Shown one piece after another: positions 17,912 to 26,855 of a stretch of 64,000 nt of DNA. The first letter of the stretch is position 1. Each line of letters begins with the position of its first letter. Location of the stretch: the sequence record LR756501.1. One strand, given 5' to 3'. Under the pieces are notes generated by a model, which saw only the letters and a list, made by a program, of their open reading frames with translations, ran no database searches and had not been told where the DNA came from. A program made the translations under genes and the position numbers.

Positions 17912-19474
17912 TTATTTATTCTTAATCTTCTTGATAATATAATCAACTATTATACCCGGAATATCAATTTCTGATATAACTGCAAATGTTGGGAAGTGAG
18001 GTGAAGAATTAGTTTCCATCACGTAATATTCTTTAGTTTCCATATCTTGAATAATATCAAAACCTACAATATCACATACAAGATGATGAGATATATCTTC
18101 ACACATTCTAATAATATTCATTGGTAATGTTCCCTTTACAGCCTTACCGCCTCTAGCAACGTTGGCTCTAAATTCCTTACTACCTTTAATTCTTTCTTTC
18201 TTAATAACCATTTCTACTTTGTTCTTTATAGATATAACTCTATAATCACCGTCATTAGGAACGAACTTTTGAATAAGCATTAACTTATTACTATAAGAGA
18301 ATTTTTGTGATAACTCCTTCATTGTATCAACTTTCCATACACCTTCTCCTCTATTCAAGTTAATATCCTTAACAATTACAGGGAAACCAAATTCTTTAAC
18401 AGCTTCAATTACTCTTTTAGTTAATCTTGAAGCCATAATCGATGGAATATAAGGATAACCTAAAGAATCAATAAGATGCATTTCGTAAGCTTTATTATCT
18501 AAGTCTTTATACGTACCATATTTAAGATAAGGGATATTATGTTTATCAAGGTAAGATATAATCATCTTTACTATTGTAGTAAAGTTTGCCATAAAACCAA
18601 AGAATACAAAATCGTAATCTTTAAGTTTCATATTATCTATGTAAAAGTCTGGTCCTGTTCTATATACGTCATCGTATTGGCAGAAATCAACGTAGGAATC
18701 TGGTAATCTTTCTTCGAAAAGAACAGTGAATAGATCGGACATTTTATCTTGTCCTTTGAAGAAGTTGTGTTTATCTTCTTCGCCGTGTGTATCGATAGGT
18801 AGATCGAATTGTAGGAATAATATCTTAAATTTACCAGACATATCTCTATCTACCTTTTTAAATCTCCTCATTTTGAATGGGATTTTATATCCAAGATCGA
18901 TATGTGGTTCACCTCCACCGTAATATCTACCGCCTTTATCTGTAACAGATTTAACTTTATAATGTGGTTTAGCTTTTAAAAATTCCAATTGATTTTTATT
19001 CAAGTCCTCAAAATCGTCACAAACAACGTAATCACCAGTTTGAATAGGGAGTTCTTCAACGTTATATACTATTTCATCCTCGGGTATTTCATCTGTTGGA
19101 ACTTCTTCTATTGTTCCATCTTCTTTTTTAGTCTTAGTCATCCAATTCAATATTTCCTTTGGAATATATTTGAAAAATGGATGTTTTTCGAGGTCCGATT
19201 TTTTAACTTTCACTTCTTCTTTCTTTTTACCTTTACCCATCATTTTAAGGAAACCTTCGTATGGTTGACCTCCGTATGGTAATGGATCGTCGTCGAAAAA
19301 AGGAAAAGAAAATTGCTTACCTTCTTCCCCAATTTCTTCTTCGGGAACATAAGGTTTCACTGGTTTTTTAGCCGCTTTAACAGGATGTTTTTCTTGTTTT
19401 TTGGCTGGCTGTTTTTCAACCTTATCTTCTTTTTTCTCAAAGTAGGCTGTGTAATTGTGAACTTTTGCCATCAT
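17912..19474 (-). CDS. RimK-family ATP-grasp ligase with long N-terminal extension
   Basis: FGFPVIVKD, RGEGVWKV, LIQKFV, DYRVI, EFRANVARGG, VGFDII, VMETNSSPHF. Confidence 0.85.
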   Translation of the reverse strand: MMAKVHNYTAYFEKKEDKVEKQPAKKQEKHPVKAAKKPVKPYVPEEEIGEEGKQFSFPFFDDDPLPYGGQPYEGFLKMMGKGKKKEEVKVKKSDLEKHPFFKYIPKEILNWMTKTKKEDGTIEEVPTDEIPEDEIVYNVEELPIQTGDYVVCDDFEDLNKNQLEFLKAKPHYKVKSVTDKGGRYYGGGEPHIDLGYKIPFKMRRFKKVDRDMSGKFKILFLQFDLPIDTHGEEDKHNFFKGQDKMSDLFTVLFEERLPDSYVDFCQYDDVYRTGPDFYIDNMKLKDYDFVFFGFMANFTTIVKMIISYLDKHNIPYLKYGTYKDLDNKAYEMHLIDSLGYPYIPSIMASRLTKRVIEAVKEFGFPVIVKDINLNRGEGVWKVDTMKELSQKFSYSNKLMLIQKFVPNDGDYRVISIKNKVEMVIKKERIKGSKEFRANVARGGKAVKGTLPMNIIRMCEDISHHLVCDIVGFDIIQDMETKEYYVMETNSSPHFPTFAVISEIDIPGIIVDYIIKKIKNK

Positions 19475-19554
19475 GGAACTTTTCTTTTTTAATATATTAT
19501 TTATATTTTAGTTTGTTTAGGTATATATATTAAAAATAAAAAGTATAAATAATT

Positions 19555-19583
19555 AAAAAAGGACTGATTAAATCAGTCCTTTT
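19555..19583 (-). terminator. Terminator hairpin overlapping the stop codon of the AsnRS-like gene
   Basis: 13-bp inverted repeat AAAAGGACTGATT/AATCAGTCCTTTT, with a U-run on the minus strand. Confidence 0.7.
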
Positions 19584-20443
19584 AATTTCATCGCCCTTTG
19601 TAACCTCGTTACACCCATCCCGAATCCCCATCTTGGTATCATCGGTAAAGCCAAATAATCTTCTAATTCTCTTTCAACCCTTTCTTTACTAAAATGATTG
19701 TAAAGTAATTTAGCGTACATTCCATCAGATATAGAATGAAAACTATCTCTCATTTGTTCTGAGTCACTTGATCTTTCCGCTGATCCAAATGTTTCTTGTC
19801 CACATACTATAAAGTCTGTCTTCTTAAATAACCTTTCTCCTCTTTCATTTATACCATCTTGTTTCATATTCCAAAATGGATGAGTCCTTTCAGGAAAATA
19901 AGTTATTCCAACTACGTCACCGTATTCTTTCCACATCAATTCTTCGTGCTCGGCTTCAAGTGTGTCCACTTTATAATGATCACAAAGTTCGTCGTAAGTA
20001 AAAATTGGTATATCCTCTGTTTTCTTCACAAAACCTAAATGTACACATAATTCACTTAATGTCTTCAAAAGATGTTCAAAATCCCCTTTGTGCTCTGCTT
20101 CCCACATTGGAAATATTTTATTGTGTCTTCCTTCAATTGGATTTGGTTCGTCTCTATAAGATGTTGTAAGACAATAGACTCCATTCACATCTTTAGCGTT
20201 GGCTAATAAATCTCTTTCTAACCATACTTGATTTGTTTGTGCTAGTGGCCAAATTTCACCACCGAAGACAAATGTTCTAACTGTCTTTGGGTCTTCACAG
20301 GCTGCTAAAATTGATAGTCTTGGTTGTGGGTAGGTTTCTAAGTAACCATTTTGCGTAAAAAAACCTCTCAACTTTGAAACCATTTTATCAAAATCTTGAG
20401 GTTCAACGATTTTCTGTTCGTAAACTCGATTGTTCATAAGCAT
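19568..20443 (-). CDS. Anticodon-domain-less class II aaRS paralog (AsnRS2 / archaeal-type asparagine synthetase-like)
   Basis: Motif 2 TTSYRDEP...RHNKIFPMWEAE; ETFGSAERS; motif 3 PRWGFGMGVTRL; only 291 aa. Confidence 0.85.
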   Translation of the reverse strand: MLMNNRVYEQKIVEPQDFDKMVSKLRGFFTQNGYLETYPQPRLSILAACEDPKTVRTFVFGGEIWPLAQTNQVWLERDLLANAKDVNGVYCLTTSYRDEPNPIEGRHNKIFPMWEAEHKGDFEHLLKTLSELCVHLGFVKKTEDIPIFTYDELCDHYKVDTLEAEHEELMWKEYGDVVGITYFPERTHPFWNMKQDGINERGERLFKKTDFIVCGQETFGSAERSSDSEQMRDSFHSISDGMYAKLLYNHFSKERVERELEDYLALPMIPRWGFGMGVTRLQRAMKLKGLI

Positions 20444-20492
20444 TTTTTTTTTGGGCGGAGTTACCCCACCAAAAAAAATAATGTAATCTTAA

Positions 20493-20586
20493 AAATTTGG
20501 CGAACCCTAAGCGCGGTAGATTTGTAAATTTACTTATGCTAACAATTTGTCGGCACGCTTATCCTAGGTTTTACTCGCCAAGATTT
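20493..20586 (-). ncRNA. Candidate structured 5' leader RNA
   Basis: Nested helices UUGGCGA/UCGCCAA, AACC/GGUU and UAAGCG/CGCUUA enclose inner hairpins; GC-rich relative to flanks; begins right after AATATATA (20586-20593). Confidence 0.5.
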
Positions 20587-20615
20587 ATATATTGATATTA
20601 AAATATCAATTTTTT

Positions 20616-20894
20616 CTATTCGTACACAGTTGTTGTTATTTGTCTTGGGAAAACTTCTGTTAATGTTTCAGGAAAATCTCTTTCGAAATTATAATCCATA
20701 TCCCAATCCGTATAACTAACTTTGAAGAATTTACCGTCTTCTTTTCTTTTTATAACAGCATCGTGATCGGCGCCACCGTCCTCGGGATCTGATCCTGTTA
20801 TCTCATCGTACATTAAAACGTAATTTTCTTTATTATCTTCATAAAGAATTGATCTTAAAAGACGTTTATTAATTGTAATTTTCTCTCTTTTCAT
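20616..20894 (-). CDS. Hypothetical protein
   Basis: 92-aa ORF co-oriented in the polymerase operon. Confidence 0.7.
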   Translation of the reverse strand: MKREKITINKRLLRSILYEDNKENYVLMYDEITGSDPEDGGADHDAVIKRKEDGKFFKVSYTDWDMDYNFERDFPETLTEVFPRQITTTVYE

Positions 20895-20898
20895 AAAT

Positions 20899-21126
20899 TT
20901 ATATTTTTTTTATATATTTATTCAATACATCTTCCAATTGGGGATCAACCCTGATATAATTTTGTAACTCTGTTACTATATACCAACCGTTCTCCCCCAC
21001 ATATCTCAATTCCATGTCTTTATCTTCACGTTCATCAGGATATGCCAATATAACATTATAATGATCACATCCATTATAATTTTTAATTAACTTTGGTTTA
21101 CTCACTTGTACTTCCATATCAATCAC
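20899..21126 (-). CDS. Hypothetical protein
   Basis: 75-aa ORF overlapping the polymerase stop. Confidence 0.65.
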   Translation of the reverse strand: MIDMEVQVSKPKLIKNYNGCDHYNVILAYPDEREDKDMELRYVGENGWYIVTELQNYIRVDPQLEDVLNKYIKKI

Positions 21127-22633
21127 TATACTCTAATTCCATTATCAACTCATCCTCTGCGGCCTTCAATGTTCTCTTGTAATCCTCCAACTCATCGTGA
21201 TCCTTATTCATAAAGCCTTTAAACTTCTTTCTATCACCATAAATATCAGTCATAACCTGATTTACTATACCAGTCTCGTTCTTAAATACTGTATTATTAA
21301 GTAGTTTAATATCAGTTGGTTCTAGTTCTATTCGATGACCGTTAAACACAGCGAAGTCCTTTGCTGGCGACAGCACGCCCTTATATGAGTCTGCTGATAT
21401 ATTGAACATTCTCATACAGGTAGGGTACAAACTTGCGAAGTCGTAACAGGCTACCCAGTAACCCATACCTTTTACTGGGTCTTTAACCCATCCACCTTTC
21501 ACTGCTTTCTCTGCTGTTTCTATAACTGTATCAGGTAATGATTTCTCTAATCTACAAAGAATAACGTTCTTTTCTTCTTTGAGTTTTCTTCTTAATATAC
21601 CTTCTGTAACTGGTAAGGTTGAATAAGCGTCAAGTGTTTTGATTCTAGAAAGAGTAGAAATACCGTAAAGAATATCAATCCATTTAGTCTTTTCATGTAT
21701 TTTCTGAACAAGAATACTATCGACTGCGTTATAGAAAACGAATTTCTTGTAATCAGAAGCTGCAAGAGTTTTAAGTGAACCTTCGTAGTTTACTTTCTTA
21801 ACACCCAGAATACCATCAGAAACAAAATCAAGACTGCTGGCTTCCTTTACTTTGATAGTGGTGTTCCACTTATCATAAAGTTCCATGTAATCAACTACAA
21901 GTCTGTGTGCTGGTAATTCACAGTATGATATAATTTCTTTACCGTTTTTGTTATTTCTTTTAAATGGTTGACGAAGTAATCTTGTATTTGATGCTGATGA
22001 CGGATCTACACCAATCTTTCTAGCTCTATTGGTGAGGAATACCCAATCGTATTCTGTGAAATTCCATCCTGTGATGACTGGCATTTTAGGAACATATTTC
22101 TCGAAAAAGTTGAGTAACATTTCGTATTCATTTTTATATCTAATGAATTTGAAATCGTAATCAGCGTTGAATTTAGCGAAGTAATTGTTTATATCTTCTT
22201 TAATAGATTTTTCTTGGTCTTGTGATAAGGCGTCAACACCCATAACAAGTACTTTATTCTTTGTGACTATGGATATGGATTGTACAGCACTTTCAGCTAA
22301 GTGTGGTTGAGGTTTCTTATCAAGAATTTCGTTCTCGATATCAACGAAGAATATTTCGGGTTCGACGTATTTGAAAAGAATATCTTGTTCTTCTTGTGGA
22401 AGGTTATCAAGGTAGTCGTAGACACAATATCTATCTGGGTATCTGGTATATACTTTCTTAACACTCATTCCATCCCATGTAACGTATTGACCATCTTTAT
22501 CTCTATCATCATCACTACACGTTACATATTTACTAGGATTTGGCCATTTATAGTACTTCATTTTTATCCAACCACCATCGGACACATAAGACACCATTAA
22601 CTGCTGGTTTTTATATTCATAATCCACAACCAT
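21119..22633 (-). CDS. gp43: Family B DNA polymerase, N-terminal half only (3'-5' exonuclease plus motif A; gp43A-like)
   Basis: ExoI FVDIENE, ExoII GWNFTEYD, ExoIII YNAVD, motif A YDFASLYP; ends in the fingers helix with no KxxxNSxYG or DTDS. Confidence 0.9.
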   Translation of the reverse strand: MVVDYEYKNQQLMVSYVSDGGWIKMKYYKWPNPSKYVTCSDDDRDKDGQYVTWDGMSVKKVYTRYPDRYCVYDYLDNLPQEEQDILFKYVEPEIFFVDIENEILDKKPQPHLAESAVQSISIVTKNKVLVMGVDALSQDQEKSIKEDINNYFAKFNADYDFKFIRYKNEYEMLLNFFEKYVPKMPVITGWNFTEYDWVFLTNRARKIGVDPSSASNTRLLRQPFKRNNKNGKEIISYCELPAHRLVVDYMELYDKWNTTIKVKEASSLDFVSDGILGVKKVNYEGSLKTLAASDYKKFVFYNAVDSILVQKIHEKTKWIDILYGISTLSRIKTLDAYSTLPVTEGILRRKLKEEKNVILCRLEKSLPDTVIETAEKAVKGGWVKDPVKGMGYWVACYDFASLYPTCMRMFNISADSYKGVLSPAKDFAVFNGHRIELEPTDIKLLNNTVFKNETGIVNQVMTDIYGDRKKFKGFMNKDHDELEDYKRTLKAAEDELIMELEYSD

Positions 22634-22640
22634 CTGATAA

Positions 22641-22799
22641 TCAATTAGTTTTTAGTTTATCTTTTAATATTTGTTCAATAAACTCTGATTTAGATATACC
22701 TAATTTTTCAATTTGTTGGTTTAATAATTTTTCAAGTTCTGGATTTATAGTAAAAGTTATAGATTTTTTCTTTTCTTCTTTTGATAATTTATGTCTCAT
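22641..22799 (-). CDS. Ribbon-helix-helix protein, 52 aa, not in ORF track
   Basis: MRHKLSKEEKKKSITFTINPELEKLLNQQIEKLGISKSEFIEQILKDKLKTN. Confidence 0.8.
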   Translation of the reverse strand: MRHKLSKEEKKKSITFTINPELEKLLNQQIEKLGISKSEFIEQILKDKLKTN

Positions 22800-22886
22800 A
22801 TTTGAAATATTTTTTGAAAAATTGTTATAAAATGATAATTTATGACTTTATTTATTTAATATATACAATTAAAAGAAAAATGTTTT

Positions 22887-23051
22887 ATGAAAAGAGTTGA
22901 AAACAAAAAGGTGACTATTTCCATATCTTTGAGTCCAGATATATTAAAATTATTAAATGATGTGACTTCTAATAGATCCAACTATTTAGATTGGGCATTA
23001 TTAGAATATTTTAAAAGAAATGGAATTGATATATCTAAAATAAAATTATGA
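22887..23051 (+). CDS. Ribbon-helix-helix protein, 54 aa, not in ORF track
   Basis: MKRVENKKVTISISLSPDILKLLNDVTSNRSNYLDWALLEYFKRNGIDISKIKL; stop lies 1 nt before the nuclease ATG. Confidence 0.8.
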   Translation: MKRVENKKVTISISLSPDILKLLNDVTSNRSNYLDWALLEYFKRNGIDISKIKL

Positions 23052-23052
23052 T

Positions 23053-23757
23053 ATGAGTAAAAAATTAACAATAGAAGAATTTTTAAATAAAGCCAATAAA
23101 GTTCATAATGGTATATATGATTATTCATTAGTTGATTACGTTAATTATCATACTAATATAGAAATTATTTGTAGTGAACATGGTATATTTGAACAAAATC
23201 CTATTAATCATTTAGTTGGAAAAACTAAATGTCCAAAATGCGTAGGTGGAGTTAAACATTCATTAAATGATTTTATAAATAAATCTAAAAAATGTCATGG
23301 CGATAAATATGATTACTCGTTGGTTGAATATAAAAATGCTAGAACTAAAGTAAAGATAATATGTCCAGAACATAAAATATTTGAACAAGTTCCACAACAT
23401 CACACAAATGGGGTTGGATGCCCGAGTTGTTGTGAATCCAAAGGGGAGAAAGCTTTAGTTAAACTTTTGGATAATATGGAAATTAAATACATGAGAGAAA
23501 AAAGATTTAAAGATTGTAGATTTAAGAACCCATTACCTTTTGATTTTTATTTACCTGAAGCAAATATTTGCATAGAATATGACGGAATGCAACATTTTAG
23601 AAAATGGGATAGAATAGGTGGAGATGTTGCGCTAGATAAACAAGTCGTTAAAGATCAGATTAAAACCCAATATTGTAAAGACAATAACATTAAACTTATA
23701 AGAATAAGATATGATGATAATATAAATCAAGATAAATTTGAAATATTACTAAAATAA
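23053..23757 (+). CDS. Homing endonuclease-like protein: two DUF723-like Zn repeats plus a PD-(D/E)XK / DUF559-like nuclease
   Basis: YDYSLVxY...IICxEH...CPxC twice; PFDFYLP...IEYDGMQH. Confidence 0.85.
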   Translation: MSKKLTIEEFLNKANKVHNGIYDYSLVDYVNYHTNIEIICSEHGIFEQNPINHLVGKTKCPKCVGGVKHSLNDFINKSKKCHGDKYDYSLVEYKNARTKVKIICPEHKIFEQVPQHHTNGVGCPSCCESKGEKALVKLLDNMEIKYMREKRFKDCRFKNPLPFDFYLPEANICIEYDGMQHFRKWDRIGGDVALDKQVVKDQIKTQYCKDNNIKLIRIRYDDNINQDKFEILLK

Positions 23758-23789
23758 AAAAACCCAGATAGTAGCGAGCTTTCTGGGTT
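23754..23789 (-). terminator. Terminator for the minus-strand 23.8-28.3 kb operon
   Basis: AACCCAGA/TCTGGGTT stem with a U-run on the minus strand. Confidence 0.7.
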
Positions 23790-23830
23790 GTAAAAATAGC
23801 CGAAGCTATAACGATCCTAATAATCGTATA

Positions 23831-24661
23831 TTATTCTAAATCCATAATATCCTGTATGGTTGATTTCAGATCTAATGTTTTCATACTATCGTGATAACCC
23901 CTAGTATAATAGGTTACGTGATAACCACTATGTTCTCTATTAGGATGAGTACTATAGATTTCAAATTTAACTGGATATCCAGATCCTTCTTTTTCGTCTG
24001 TGATAAAAACTCCGTCGTTCCCAGCTTCATCTGTGCCAATTTCATATGAAAATCCTAAATCATCTAAAGTATCTGATATAAATTGATCAGAACTATCTAA
24101 ATTTCCTCTTAATCCTTCTTTTAAAGAAGGTGTAAAATATTGAACCATCATTCTTTTGGCTTTATAATCTCCAACGCTAGGTTTACAATTATGTTTATTA
24201 TATAAATGTCCGATTTTAAAGTTTATATTATCACAAACTTCTTCACCACATTCATTGCATTTCACTTTTGGACAAGGTTGTTTAGGAATCATGTTTTCGT
24301 TGGTTTTATATTTTTCATTCCACCAAATATCGAAATCAGCTCTCGATGATGTATAATCAAATACAGTTCCCTCACTTTCAGCTATTTGTGAATCTCTTTC
24401 TTTCCAAGCTTCCCAAGCTATTTCCATTGCATCAGTCATAGAAATCATTTCGTTACTACCTAATTTTGGTTTCATATATCTTTCTCTGAACTTCTTAGCC
24501 CTTTCATTATCTGGATCATCGAAACCATCATTATAACTATTTCCTTTAAATCCACTTATACTAAAGTGTCCCTTTTCTTCACCACTTAAAGAACTATCGT
24601 GGTCGCTCCAAGGTTTTAGTTCTTCTTGGATATATTGATCTCTTTTCTTTAGATTATTCAT
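23831..24661 (-). CDS. CTS-bearing modular hypothetical protein with a Zn-finger-like segment
   Basis: MNNLKKRDQYIQE start; CNECG...HLYNKH; internal TNE and LKE junctions. Confidence 0.75.
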   Translation of the reverse strand: MNNLKKRDQYIQEELKPWSDHDSSLSGEEKGHFSISGFKGNSYNDGFDDPDNERAKKFRERYMKPKLGSNEMISMTDAMEIAWEAWKERDSQIAESEGTVFDYTSSRADFDIWWNEKYKTNENMIPKQPCPKVKCNECGEEVCDNINFKIGHLYNKHNCKPSVGDYKAKRMMVQYFTPSLKEGLRGNLDSSDQFISDTLDDLGFSYEIGTDEAGNDGVFITDEKEGSGYPVKFEIYSTHPNREHSGYHVTYYTRGYHDSMKTLDLKSTIQDIMDLE

Positions 24662-25448
24662 AGCTTTCTATTTTAGTTTTTTTTCTTTCTGGAAGTGGAT
24701 TATCTTCTGTACCTCTTACGATTTTAACTTCGTCCTCTTCTTCCATTTCATCGAGATCTTCAGTTACAAGTTTTACTTGTTTTTGATTAAAACTTTCCCA
24801 ATAATTAACCCAACTTTCATTTGGCATATCTCTTTTATTTCCTTTATTTGGAAGTCCTTCTGGGTTATCTTCTGTGCCAAAACGAATCTTATTTGAATTT
24901 AGTCCTCTTAACATACTCTTTGTATCTGGATTTTCTTCATCGGCGTCTTCTTCCTCGTCAGTGCCTCTTTCTATTTCTTCGGGCTCTTCCTCGTCACCGT
25001 ATTCTAAGTCTTGCTCTTCAGCAACTTCTACTTCATCGGGATCGAGTTCTCTTTCTCTCTCGGGCTCATATTCGTCATCAAAAGATTCATATATCTTCTG
25101 TTTAGTTGCCCAAGCTGGTGCGCCTTCAAATCCTTGAACAGTTGAAGAACCAGGTTTATCGTCTTTCTTCTGGGTGAGTTCTTTAAGAACTTCTTTCAGG
25201 GTGTATTTCTTGGTTTCACCAGTCATTCTATCAGTTATATAGATACTTTCGTTTTGAACGCTGTCGATGAAACCGTCTATTTTTTTCGTCAAAATATGTT
25301 TACCAACTCTAAGAAAATCCATTGTTGGAATAGCTCTATTTATAGTTTGTTTCAATGGAGCTTTAGGGAATAGATCAGTATCACCACCTACACCTTTACC
25401 TTTATTTTCGACGCTTTCTTTTACGAAATTATTGAATCTTTTTATCAT
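24654..25448 (-). CDS. CTS-bearing acidic protein
   Basis: MIKRFNNFVKE start; Glu-rich; GTEDNP twice. Confidence 0.8.
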   Translation of the reverse strand: MIKRFNNFVKESVENKGKGVGGDTDLFPKAPLKQTINRAIPTMDFLRVGKHILTKKIDGFIDSVQNESIYITDRMTGETKKYTLKEVLKELTQKKDDKPGSSTVQGFEGAPAWATKQKIYESFDDEYEPERERELDPDEVEVAEEQDLEYGDEEEPEEIERGTDEEEDADEENPDTKSMLRGLNSNKIRFGTEDNPEGLPNKGNKRDMPNESWVNYWESFNQKQVKLVTEDLDEMEEEDEVKIVRGTEDNPLPERKKTKIESYE

Positions 25449-25465
25449 TTTGTTTTATTATTTTT

Positions 25466-26041
25466 TTAAAATACTATTTCTTTTGTATCAACAACCTTCA
25501 TAATCTTCTTGGCTGTTTTTCTTAGTATTGCGTTCCATTCACCTGATAATCTTTCAGTTTCATCTGATCTCTTAATATCATATCCACCAAATCTCTCATA
25601 AAGTACGTTGAAATATTTTTCATTATCTAATCCTATATTTATACCAATATATGAGTAACTTCTTCCGTCTACTGCCAATCTGATTCCGTCTTTTAATAGG
25701 ATTTTTACGTCGCCGTGTTTATTTGATTTAATTTTACCTATATTTTCCTCTGTTACCATCTCCCCGATCTCTATCATATTCTGAATACCATCAGTTAATT
25801 CAGTTCCTTGTCTATCATAAATTTCTTGATATTGTTTAGTTCTACCATCGGTAAATTCTCTAGCTTTACCTTTAAAGTATTCTTTTTTATCTTTGTTGAA
25901 GAATGGTTCATTTGGATCTTTTTTGGCCCCCCTGCCTTGACTTCTCGCAACATTTTCTTCACCTTGTTCTGTTTCCCAACCGGTGGCGACGTGAAAACTT
26001 CTATATTCTTCGTATGTTTTTAAATTATTAAATTTTTCCAT
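25466..26041 (-). CDS. CTS-bearing hypothetical protein
   Basis: MEKFNNLKTYEEY start. Confidence 0.75.
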   Translation of the reverse strand: MEKFNNLKTYEEYRSFHVATGWETEQGEENVARSQGRGAKKDPNEPFFNKDKKEYFKGKAREFTDGRTKQYQEIYDRQGTELTDGIQNMIEIGEMVTEENIGKIKSNKHGDVKILLKDGIRLAVDGRSYSYIGINIGLDNEKYFNVLYERFGGYDIKRSDETERLSGEWNAILRKTAKKIMKVVDTKEIVF

Positions 26042-26052
26042 TTTATCGGGGT

Positions 26053-26568
26053 TTATTTTTTGTAATATCTTTGTTGCCTTATTTCATTCCAATCATATTT
26101 TGTTCTATTATCGTCCCAAATTTCTTCACCGTAAGGATCTAATTCTGGATCAACAACCTTTTCTTCTTCCTCTTCTACTTCTTTCTTCTGAATCCATTTG
26201 TGTTTCTTTTTCCATTCTTCAAAAGAAAATTTGCCCTCTTTTACATAATCTGTGCCTTTATGTTTCTTTGGATCTCCTTCTTTAGTATATCCCAAACTAT
26301 CTCTTGAATCATCTTGTACAAAAGTTTCATATGAATCTATATGTCTATCAAGAGGGTTATCCCAAAAGAATAAATTATTCATTTGATGTTTTTTCAAATC
26401 TTGCATCACTCTATCACCAATATCACCACCCATACTAGACTCATCCGGTCCAACTTTTATAACTTGAGATTTTTTAATTTCATCTCTTATTCTATGAAGT
26501 TGATCCACAGTTGATTGTCTTGGCAGACTTTCAAAAACCTTATCGTATTTATTAAATTTAGTTATCAT
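26053..26568 (-). CDS. CTS-bearing protein with DPYGEE motif
   Basis: MITKFNKYDKVFE start; ELDPYGEEIWD. Confidence 0.8.
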   Translation of the reverse strand: MITKFNKYDKVFESLPRQSTVDQLHRIRDEIKKSQVIKVGPDESSMGGDIGDRVMQDLKKHQMNNLFFWDNPLDRHIDSYETFVQDDSRDSLGYTKEGDPKKHKGTDYVKEGKFSFEEWKKKHKWIQKKEVEEEEEKVVDPELDPYGEEIWDDNRTKYDWNEIRQQRYYKK

Positions 26569-26570
26569 AT

Positions 26571-26837
26571 TTATTTATAAGATTTAGCTCTCTTATCGGC
26601 TGCTGTAGCTTTTTTGGCGGCTTTTCTTTCTTTTCTTTCGTCTTGTTCTTCTTCACCGTAAGGATCGCTAGAACTTACTTTATTATCTTTCTTACCTTTT
26701 TTAAGCATCGCTGCTTTTTCTTTTTCTTCTTTGGCGTGTTGTTTTTTGTATTCTTCGTCGGGAGATAATTCTTTTTTAGCTCTTAAGAACCCTTCGTTTA
26801 CGAACTCGTCAAATGATGTATTTATATTTTTACCCAT
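26571..26837 (-). CDS. CTS-bearing basic protein with DPYGEE motif
   Basis: MGKNINTSFDEFVNE start; SDPYGEEEQD. Confidence 0.8.
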   Translation of the reverse strand: MGKNINTSFDEFVNEGFLRAKKELSPDEEYKKQHAKEEKEKAAMLKKGKKDNKVSSSDPYGEEEQDERKERKAAKKATAADKRAKSYK

Positions 26838-26855
26838 TTTACTTTTAATTATTTT

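Noticed and set aside
20497-20520. Resemblance of CCCTAAGCG to the pistol ribozyme 3' strand; possible tRNA
   Set aside because: The upstream hairpin loop lacks the complementary UUAGGG needed for the pseudoknot, and there is no cloverleaf or T-loop GTTC pattern. No tRNA was recognised in the window.
21119-21240. Intein, intron or frameshift explaining the truncated polymerase
   Set aside because: No intein N-terminal signature. Downstream ORFs have no polymerase motifs B or C in any frame listed, and the stop overlaps the next gene's start.
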